This document shows positions 38,616 to 48,346 of a stretch of 64,000 bases of DNA, one piece after another. Below the pieces are notes generated by a model that was given only the letters and a program-made list of their open reading frames with translations, did no database searches and was not told the DNA's origin. The translations under genes were made by a program, and so were the position numbers. This stretch comes from Diadema antillarum (lineage: Eukaryota). Location: contig NW_027272210.1 of the NCBI RefSeq assembly GCF_040938485.1, positions 310,001 through 374,000 of the forward strand, written 5' to 3'. Numbering within the stretch: position 1 is the stretch's first letter; every line of letters begins with the position of its first letter.

Positions 38616-41390
38616 ATGCATACCCAGGCTTGCGCTGCCCTCTACCTCTTCACGTTTCTATGGATACGAGGCATATTTTCATCAGAACTGATCAGAACAA
38701 GAAAACTGGTGCTCAGCGAAGATCATTGTTGTCTCAGTGACAGTAGTGAAGGTACTCGTGCTGACTGCACAAAACAAAACTTGACAGAAGTTCCTGGGGA
38801 CCTTCCAAACGATACTTTCATTTTGAATCTATCACATAACTGGATATCAGAACTTCTCCACAATTCCTTTCATGGCCATGGAAATCTTCTCAAGCTAAAT
38901 GTGGCATATAACCGGCTCATCCGCATTGAAAATGGCACCTTCACCTGGCTTGAACATCTTCAAGTACTGATCTTATCGCACAACAAGTTAACTGGATTTC
39001 AAAATGGACTGTTTCATGCTAATATCAACCTTAAAACTCTGATTCTTATAAAGAACAATTTTACTTCAATGCCAAGTGCAGCCATTGCAGAGTTACCAAA
39101 GCTGACAACATTTACAATCTCAGCAAACTGGATACAGTCTCTCCACTTCGATCCATTGTCTAGATGGGATGATATATCTATTGATTTGTCAGGAAACAAC
39201 CTATCATCTATCCACAAGGAAGACTTTTTACCTCTCAAGAAATGTTCATTGTCACATTTAGTTTTGAGTGGGAACAAGTGGCTTCACCTAGAGCCAATGG
39301 TATTCTCTGAACTTCCTTTTGTCAGAAGCATTTTGCTCCGAGGAAACAGCATTAAAAGTCTTGAGGTATTGGCATTCATGGGCACAGCAAATATCACAGT
39401 GTTATCCTTGTATGGCTCTTCCATCAAGGAAATAATTCCTGTGAATGTGTCAGCACATGACTTCAACTTTCCCAACATCAAGATTGTAGATTTGGCATCC
39501 AATCTTATTCAGAAAATTCCTGAGTTTGCATTTTTGGGACTGAATTGGACGCAAACTCTCATTATAAGGGAAAATAAAGTTTTCAGTATCCAAAATACAT
39601 CTTTCTGTTCACTAGATGATTTGCAGGTTCTTGACCTATCACACAATCAAATCATATTTCTGCCAGATGGTGCCTTTCACTGCAATGAACATCTTCTTCG
39701 ACTCCTGCTATCTTACAACAAGATAATGAGACTACATTCTGCTTCTTTTGAGGGGTTGAGTTCATTACTCCATCTCAACCTGTCTTACAACTCATTAGAA
39801 AACAGTCGAGACAAGTTCACTTCTATGACATCACTTGTCAATCTTGACCTTTGCTCCAACAAAATGACACGAATAACAAAAAGTCTATTGGGGGGATTGT
39901 CCCATTTGCAATACCTTAATATTTCTTACAATGATATTAACTCTGAATTTACTTCAGCATTTGCCAGCACACGGCAGATGAAAGAACTGATTCTTACATA
40001 TGAGAAAAATCTACAAATACATGAAGATTTTCGTACCTTGGACAAACTGCAAAAACTGGATCTATCCCATTCACCTTTGCAAATGAATTCAACAGATCAA
40101 TTTAGTGGTACTGCATCCCTCACAATGCTTGACATGAGCTTCACCAACCTGCAAAGTACGCATCTGTTCAATAGTTCCAAACGATCTTCCCTGTTCTTGG
40201 GCCTAAAATCTTTGGAGCAACTCTTCTTGCAAGGAAACTATTTTCTAAACAAAATAGAGCCTGGTACATTTGATCCACTAACTAAACTCAAGATATTAGA
40301 TATTTCCAATTCTAGAATTACAGCTGTTGAAGCAAAACTGTTTGAGAGTCTGACTCTTCTATCAAGTTTGCGTTTGCATGGCAACCAACTCATAAAATTG
40401 CACACACAAACACTCAGTGGTTTGCAACGACTTAATTCTGTTTTTGTTCAAGACAATTTGATACAATCTATTCCAGTCACACTGTTCAACAGCACACCTA
40501 ATCTTTCAAAAATATTTATGTCACAGAATCATGTGAGTACTGTGCTTCCAGGCACAGTATTCCCCAGAAATGTGGAAATTGATCTGTCCAAAAATCCAAT
40601 TCTCTGCTCCTGTGAGTTGGCATGGTTCAGAACTCTGCTGGACACCGATAACATTGCACTTATGCATGCTAACAAGACTGTTTGTGAAAGGACATCCACG
40701 ATGGGTGCTGCCAACAAACCCCTCCTGCAGTTTCATCCTAAGGAGCTTTGCACTGTGAGTCTGGCCATGCCTATTGTGACAACATTTCTGGTACTCATAG
40801 TACTATCACTCCTCTGTGTGCTTGCTTATCGCAAGCGATGGTGGCTGAGGAACAAGGTCTGCCTCATGAAAATGGCCATTCGTGGATATGAGGACCTTGA
40901 GGAGCACAATGCCGACAACTACCAATACCAGCTCAATGTCATGTTCAATGATGCTGATGCGGAATGGATCAATGGCACCATGAAGCCTGCTATGGAAGAG
41001 AGGTTTCCATACTTCACAAACATTCTGTGGGCTGACAACTATCTGAATGCTGGCATGCACTACGTGGACGCCCTATACAATGCCATGGAAATCAGCTACA
41101 AGACCCTTCTCGTGCTAAGCAACGAGTCAGTGGCAGACACATGGTTCATGTCCAAGGTGCGTATGGCTCTGGAACACCTTAATGAGACCAGATTGGACAG
41201 AGTCACACTCATTTTCCTTGAGGAAATCTCCGACGATCAACTCCCCTATCTGGTACGGCTTCTCCTGAATGCCAACAGAGCTACCTTGATGTGGGCTAAG
41301 AATACAGACAGGCAAGATTTGTTCTGGGAGCAATTTCGACACAAGCTCATACGAGAGGAATTCAATTACATACCAATTGAATCATGCTGA
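38616..41390 (+). CDS. TLR: Toll-like receptor (TLR-B), 924 aa, uninterrupted coding exon
   Basis: Signal peptide; LRRNT (CCLSDSSEGTRADCTKQNLTEVP); about 24 LxxLxLxxN repeats; LRRCT (NPILCSCELAWF...CERTS...C); hydrophobic TM followed by YRKRWW; TIR domain (YQYQLNVMF...LFWEQF). Confidence 0.96.
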   Translation: MHTQACAALYLFTFLWIRGIFSSELIRTRKLVLSEDHCCLSDSSEGTRADCTKQNLTEVPGDLPNDTFILNLSHNWISELLHNSFHGHGNLLKLNVAYNRLIRIENGTFTWLEHLQVLILSHNKLTGFQNGLFHANINLKTLILIKNNFTSMPSAAIAELPKLTTFTISANWIQSLHFDPLSRWDDISIDLSGNNLSSIHKEDFLPLKKCSLSHLVLSGNKWLHLEPMVFSELPFVRSILLRGNSIKSLEVLAFMGTANITVLSLYGSSIKEIIPVNVSAHDFNFPNIKIVDLASNLIQKIPEFAFLGLNWTQTLIIRENKVFSIQNTSFCSLDDLQVLDLSHNQIIFLPDGAFHCNEHLLRLLLSYNKIMRLHSASFEGLSSLLHLNLSYNSLENSRDKFTSMTSLVNLDLCSNKMTRITKSLLGGLSHLQYLNISYNDINSEFTSAFASTRQMKELILTYEKNLQIHEDFRTLDKLQKLDLSHSPLQMNSTDQFSGTASLTMLDMSFTNLQSTHLFNSSKRSSLFLGLKSLEQLFLQGNYFLNKIEPGTFDPLTKLKILDISNSRITAVEAKLFESLTLLSSLRLHGNQLIKLHTQTLSGLQRLNSVFVQDNLIQSIPVTLFNSTPNLSKIFMSQNHVSTVLPGTVFPRNVEIDLSKNPILCSCELAWFRTLLDTDNIALMHANKTVCERTSTMGAANKPLLQFHPKELCTVSLAMPIVTTFLVLIVLSLLCVLAYRKRWWLRNKVCLMKMAIRGYEDLEEHNADNYQYQLNVMFNDADAEWINGTMKPAMEERFPYFTNILWADNYLNAGMHYVDALYNAMEISYKTLLVLSNESVADTWFMSKVRMALEHLNETRLDRVTLIFLEEISDDQLPYLVRLLLNANRATLMWAKNTDRQDLFWEQFRHKLIREEFNYIPIESC

Positions 41391-44300
41391 ATTCTGTGAG
41401 CTGAAAAGGAAATGTCTTTACAAGGGAAGGCTAAAAGACACAGATTGATGTATGGCAGGGTTGATGACATTAAGATAAGATTGCCTGATTTTCATGCATA
41501 GACCTCAAGCAACAGGCATGTGCTTTCACACTGATAAAGAAATACAGTGGTATTTCATTATGTGAATGCAGATACACAGTGAAATACATCATAATGTGGT
41601 ACTTAAGGTGATATTTCAAACATTGCACAAAATGCACATAATTTGAGATGTGAATGTGAATTATGTGATGTATTATCACCAATGTACAGCTCTCATGTGA
41701 ATTAGACTTTTTGTTTCTTTTCCCATGGTAGAAACGGTCATGCGCAGTGTTTATCAGGAATACCAAGGTGTTTCTGTTTGGGTGACCCGCACCTCGTCAC
41801 AGTTAATGTTTGTGATGCATGTTTCAACCCAGCTCTCCCATAGTCAAGCATGTAAAAGATATATGGGTGTGTGTGATGATACTGATCACACATATTCCTT
41901 ATGTAAATGTAAGATTTTCAAGAAAAACTGTTTGGTTTCCACCTCAGTTTGCTTGGCTGTGGTAACCCTGCAAAGTTTTAAGCCTACTGAACACAGTCCC
42001 AGGTGTAAATTTTTGTTCAGTGCACCAATTGTAGCAATTTTATGCAGGGTGACGATATTTGGAACCCTGACGAGGTGCGGGTACCTCACTCTACCAAGTG
42101 AATTAACTGCAGTATCATTTACCATGGTTCTCTACCAACAACAAAAGTGCAAACAAATTCTGCAGTATGTAACACCAAGATAATTCTGATGCAAATGCAC
42201 AATTAAGAAGATATCTTTCTTTAGAACTGTTCAATCAAGCCAAAACTCTGTTGTATGAAGTGTCTTATTTTGAAATTAAGGGGAAAACACTTATGTATAA
42301 GTCTTGAAAGCTGAATTCTGATTGTGTGAAATATATATCATTGCAAAGGTTCAGTCTTAAATAATTGTTTGTACCATCACCATATTTTTTTTTCTGTCTT
42401 GACCATCAGTTATTGAGCATGGATAGTACTTGTCCACCATGTGCTTTTAAGAAAATTTGTGAGGAAGATTGTATAGTGAATAAACAGAACAGGTAAGGCT
42501 CCAATGAAATCTAATTATCAAGATCAAATGGAACAGGTAAGGGTACAATGAAATCTAATCAACAAGATCATTTCATCAACGCATACTGTGCAAGTCAGGT
42601 AAACAATCATGTGCTTGACCAACATTCCTGACACTGCAGTCAATACGTTTTCTTGTGTTTTATCTTTCTTTCTTGCTCAGTTAAGTATATATTTTGATCT
42701 TGTAGACTGCATGCTATGTCTAGCTACTTTGTGATTGTGTCAAAATTTGTAACTGCATGACGAAGGATGTATCAAAGAAACTGCCAATACAGAAGATTTG
42801 ACAGTTTCTACTTGAGAGATTTAGTTTGACATAGAGACCTCAGTGATATCAATCAGTAAGAAATACAGATTAATTTTATTTTTGAATGCTTGCTGGTACT
42901 ACGAAGTAATAATTTCAGATTTCTATCATTCAAAATTTTTTCTTTAGCAATATTATTTCAAAGGGTAAAAATAGAACACATATTTATATGAGCATATTTC
43001 TAGAGCAGCATGTAAATACTCTGTGGCCGATGGATCATCAAAAAAAAAAAAACATTAAAAAAAGGTTACTTCATAAATTTTTTCATCCAAGTAGTTTCAG
43101 TCATCTGTACTAGAAAAAAACATTGGTATCAATTATGCATACGTACATTTGAAACAACTTACTTGATCACATTAGATGTGTATATGTATGTAAGATGTAG
43201 TATGCCACATATAGTATGCATATGTCATACGGTAATAATTGGTTCAATGTACTGCATGTTTGAATGTTAAGTACTTTGAAACATTCTGTATATATAATGT
43301 TTGATAAATAGTAATGAGGAATCGTCATTGTCATAATTATTTCTACTATCATGCAAGACGTTCACCTGTTCAATCATACCTGCAACATTTCTAATTTCAT
43401 GGCAGCCAAGTCTCATAGACCAAATTAGCAGGGATGATTATGCAACTTTAATCTGTGAGACCTGAATACATGGTGTAATGTGAAATGGGCACTAGTACTC
43501 TATTCTCATGATACATTATAGATCTTGATGAAAATAACTCTATAATACCAACATGTGAGAGGGTTTTTTTCTCAATTTTTTTTTCTCTGCAAACCTTGAA
43601 GTCATTATGACATTCATCATACAAACGTTATCTGAATTGTAATAGAGCATTATGTGAGTACCTACTCTAGTATATATGCGAGGTTACGCTGGATAAGTTA
43701 ATACTACTAATTTACCTGATGCCCACAAAAATCTACGCAAGACCTTCACTTTCACATCCCACTACGCATTTTGTCAGCAAAGAGCATGCTGATGTAGACA
43801 ATAATGGTAAACGTCACCAAATATATTTCAAAAGCTGCAGTACACGAGTGCACCATGATATATACCTGCTGCCTATAATTGTATGTACGTAGGCTTGAAT
43901 CAAATTTGCATGTGAACATATTATAGAATGTACCCTTTTTAAAAATCTCAAATTATACGAATGGAAGCTGCTAAGATGTATCATTGGCTTTCTAGATTAA
44001 ACTAGAACTGTGTCAATATCAGTTTGAAGAATAAACTTCAATATCGGTTTAAAGAATAAACTTATTTTACTGGTTCCTACTTGTTACCAGAAATGTTCTT
44101 TTTGGCATCAATGTGCTAAGATTTCGGAGTAACGAATAACGTTACAAAAATATGGTCACTCCTTGTATTTCCTCTATTTAGACCTTGCATGTATGACAAA
44201 AATTAGGGACCCCATTTCACATAATGCAAACCCTTGAGAGGCCACTTCTACCCCATTTATACACAAAGCTAGGCCGAGGAGTGCTCCTGAAGCGCTTTGA

Positions 44301-44572
44301 CTTTAATAGGACCCTCCTAATCTGTTCACAGACAGAGAATCACCACTTGCCCAGACCACATGCGAATCGGCTGAGAGGGGCACACCATAAATGTCATGCA
44401 TGGTGACCTTCAGGTGCACCAAATACCACTTCCAGAGTGCTCTGAATGTTGGTGACCATTTATCCAGAGGTTCTCAGGGCACATCAGGAGCGCTCCTGAG
44501 CCTAAAGGCTAGAGAGGGGGGGGGGGGGGGGGAGGGGGCGTAATTTTAGAGCACCCCCGGTCGTGACTGACT

Positions 44573-45004
44573 AGGTGGGTCTTCATCAGCTCGAGCTTGA
44601 AGAATAGCCCACTATTTCTGATCCAAAGAATTAGCCTGATCAGAAAATAGCCCGCTAATTTTGCACCAAATAGTGAGCTATTCCGATCGGAAAATAAGCC
44701 AAAGAAATCTTGGATTTATTTGCAGAACAGCCAGCTGATTTGCAAAATAGCATGCTAATCTTAACGCGTCTTCATCAGCTCGAGCTTAAACATCGGCACT
44801 GCATGCGTTGCGCACCACGCTGGAATGTAGGCAGTCAGGTCAGAGTGTGTTCGCGCCAGCATTGAGCTTATAAACCCGACCGTGCCATGCCTGAAGCTCA
44901 AGCTGGTAAAGACGCGATTGCACATTTCAGCTGACTTCAGGCTTATTTCTCTGATCCCCCATAAGTGCGCTATTCTTCAAGCTTGAGCTCATGAAGACCC
45001 ACCT
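44573..45004. mobile_element. MITE with about 35-bp TIRs and 3-bp TSD (Harbinger-like)
   Basis: ACT|aggtgggtcttcatcagctcgagcttgaagaatagc ... gctattcttcaagcttgagctcatgaagacccacct|ACT. Empty site at about 57040. Confidence 0.8.
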
Positions 45005-47820
45005 ACTGTTCATACAGAGCTCAGAGGGGATCAGGAGTGCCCCTAGAGGGCTCTTGATGCCCTGAATAAATGGGATGTGACAGACCTAAAGTGGCAAGAT
45101 CCCTCAACAGTTTCCGAGACTACAACTGGAATGGTTCTAAAAACCCTCAGAAGACTATTGAAGGACCAAAAATTTGCCAGCAAATTTCTAAGAGATCCAT
45201 GTAGGACCTTAAAGATTGCTGAAAGTTCACTGAGAGACCAATAAGACTAATGAGAGATTGTTGAAAGATTATCTGGCATACTCCCTGAGATCTTCAAGAG
45301 ATCATTCAAGATCTCTGAGAGATTAGTAATGGTACCTCCATGATCTCTCAATAATCTTAAGTGACCTCCGAAAATGTGGCTATTCTTGTAAGACTGTCAG
45401 AAGATAATTATAAGACTAGCTAAACCCTTGAGTGCTCATTGACAGATCACAGAAAATCTGTGGAAAGACCTCTCAAGACCACTTTTCTTAAGAGACTGCT
45501 AATGACTCTCTTGAATTATGTCATTTTTTTTTTTTACCATAGTTTGCATTATACCATGTGCATGGTTGGCAATGCCCATGAATTTTAAAGATTACAGTAA
45601 AGCATGGCTTATGATTCCTCAAAATTAAATATTAAATCAAAAGCTTAAGACGTGCTTTTTTGTTTGTTTCTTTGTTGTTGGTTTGTTTGTTTTTGCGGGG
45701 TCATTTATGCAATTTAGGTGCATATATGTAATAAGTAATTAAGCATAATTATCCTGCTCCTCCCATAGCTGCATGGCTAACAATCTATTGTTCCTGATGC
45801 ATCTACACACTGTATATAAAGATTTATTTCACTTTTAACATAAATGCACTAAACATTTGGGTTTAAATAAACAACACGTAAGTAAACATGCATGTTTAAT
45901 TCTATGTAAATGTACACCTTGTACATACGGATGGTATAATTTTCATATTGTTCAATAGCAAAAATAACAACCCTTGATTCAGTCTTGTGATTGTATTTGG
46001 TTTCCAAGTCATTTGCTATTGACATCAATTGAATAGAATATTAATTTCACTCTGTACAAAGTGTCAGCTCCACTTGAAAATGTCTCAAGTTACGTACCTT
46101 CTTGGGTTGCATATTATATCAATGTCATATTAGTGAAATTGATATTGGGCTATGCACCCTGCTCTGTGTGATGAATGAAGTGAGATCTTTTACCTGCATG
46201 AGTAGTGACTCTCTTACACATTGGATCTCCAGTTTATTGTATGTCTTATCCGAGGGACAGAGTGTTTTGTCTCTTATTCTCAATACACAAAACACTGCTC
46301 AGTAAGACTAAGCAATCAAACATTTGGCTGTGGTGGCAGACATGCTATAAACTGAGCCAACTCACCGCCCTGGATTTCAGTTGGGTAATGACAAAAATGC
46401 AAATATTACCATAAAAGGTATGTCTGAAGTATTGCAATCTTGGATGATACCCAATGATGGTTGCTATGTGATTTATAAAAATCATTAGCATTGATTAATA
46501 AATGGCCACAGCATTATCCATCATGTGAGAGGGCATTGCATGCAGCCTGTTTGCTGCAGGCAATGCAATAAATTGTAGATGTACTACTGCTAGGGCATGA
46601 TTTACTCATTATGTACTAGTAACAGTTGATACCTAGCCACTATTGAACTGGAAAGGCACTTCAGTAATAAAGTTGTGTGCTATGATTGAGATTATTCCAC
46701 ACTTTTGATTTCAAAACAATCAAAATGATTGATTATCTTGGCAATCTATCAAAGCTTTCTTGGTATAGGTACTAGGTAGAAATTTTTGCAAGCATATTCA
46801 AAGTTTAAAATATGAATTTTGAGCCTGAAAATGCACTTGGTGGAGTCAAGTGATCTGCACATCCCTTCTTTAAATCATGTAGAACTACAAGACTTTCCTC
46901 CTGATGGTATTCATGAAATTATACATCTCCATCAATAAAGCACAGGATTCGCAAAGTAATCTTCATTGAATACATACCGGGTATTAGATATCAAAGCAAC
47001 AGTTTACAGCCCTGCCTCTACCAAAAACTGAAAGTCCCATAAATCATTTATATGGCTATGAATCTGCTCTGACTGCCCAATTACATTTCTGTGTTAGAGA
47101 ACACATTCTAGAATTACACCTATGATTATTTCATACAATGACTACCTCCCCAGAGGAGACATAATAGTGAGACATGCAGTGTAACTTGTAGTCATGACAA
47201 CGGACCATCAATCACGGACCTTACAAAAATATTACTGTCACTGTCAATTCCTGTGCGAGATCATCGCAACTCGTGGCCTACAATTTGTTCCTGCATGCAC
47301 AGCTACTTAGAGCTTTTCATTTTGCATCTGGTAACTGGAACGAGCTTGAAGACATAAAGACAAACATGGTCCTATGCACTCATTCCTGTGGCACATTGTG
47401 TGAAGAATTTATACCATTTGCTGGCCATTGCTGATCGCCTGCGGGTGTGATGAATTACAAGGGGTCTGGAACATCAGTCGTCAGTATGTGAGGAGGAGTG
47501 TGCATCCTACTCCTTGCGAAGAGAACTGTGGTGGGATCTTCGATCTGCATGCGTGAGTCATTATTTTCTCTGAAATTAGACCTCCATTTCACATCTGGTC
47601 CAATTTAAGGACAGTGTTTCTGCCTCTCGCTGGACAGAAGGGAGCAGCATGATGGCAAACAAAACTGCTCATACCAGTTCGACTCACATAGCGCAAAAAC
47701 CTAAAGCTTCAATCTTTAGTGCAAGACAGACTGGGATACAGTGAACGAGAAAGCCACCTCTTACTGCCCTTATGCATGGTGTCACAGGAGAGCCATCTGA
47801 TCAACTTAAGTGAACTTTCT

Positions 47821-48315
47821 GTGAGTACAACACTTGTACACTTATTCTTTCAAGACTGAGATAAGGACATTTCAACCATTTGGACAGCATGTGATTGTTG
47901 GACTAGCTTGGTAATACTGGATACTGACAGTTGAGATATGAATATCACAACTTGATACTGTTCAAGAACTAGATGGCACTTTTGTACCTCACAACCAGCA
48001 ATCTGAGCATATTACATAGGCCTAGATACTATCTGCAAATATATTCCAGTCTTCTGGAGCAATATTTCCTCACTAATGAATATGCAAATGTGCTAATAAC
48101 TGCAAGAGGTCATTGCAAAATATGTTGCTGGGACTATATACTCATTGACATTTGAAATATATATGCACTCTAGAACTGGAAGCAGCTACATAGTGCTATT
48201 TGCAGTTCTGTGAATTCCTGCAGCAGCAATCTGATGATATTCCTGTAGACTGCATACATTCAACAGCTTGCTTTAATACCCTGCAGAGTTTGATAGTGCT
48301 GCCATATTTTTGCAG
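47821..48315 (+). other. Predicted 5'UTR intron of TLR-C (paralogous intron about 61342-61842 for TLR-D)
   Basis: Donor ttct|gtgagta and acceptor atatttttgcag|GAAGC, 31 nt before the ATG, are both conserved in C and D. Prediction only. Confidence 0.4.
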
Positions 48316-48346
48316 GAAGCTAAAGTAATACCATTTTGAGGGCACC

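Larger units (their letters stand above)
26810..44180 (+). repeat. Tandem segmental duplication A/B: about 26810-35990 vs about 35995-44180
   Basis: Non-coding flanks are collinear and homologous, e.g. 26820-26960 vs 36000-36140, 28000-29510 vs 37090-38615, 32290-35270 vs 41390-44090, and 35895-35975 vs 44090-44175. Confidence 0.9.

Noticed and set aside
44180-45600. GAGA/TCTC-rich, palindrome-rich block shared with 56520-57660
   Set aside because: It is probably one or more old repeats, but I could not define termini or TSDs, so it is not reported as a separate element.
46205-46414. Identical 69-aa ORFs at 46205 and 59716
   Set aside because: There is no ATG start, and the identity reflects the near-identical duplicated flank rather than protein constraint.
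47973-48155. 60-aa ATG ORF upstream of TLR-C, still open in the D copy (61497-61682) despite a 3-bp indel
   Set aside because: It has no recognisable domain, the copies are too similar for conservation to be informative, and it lies within the predicted 5'UTR intron.
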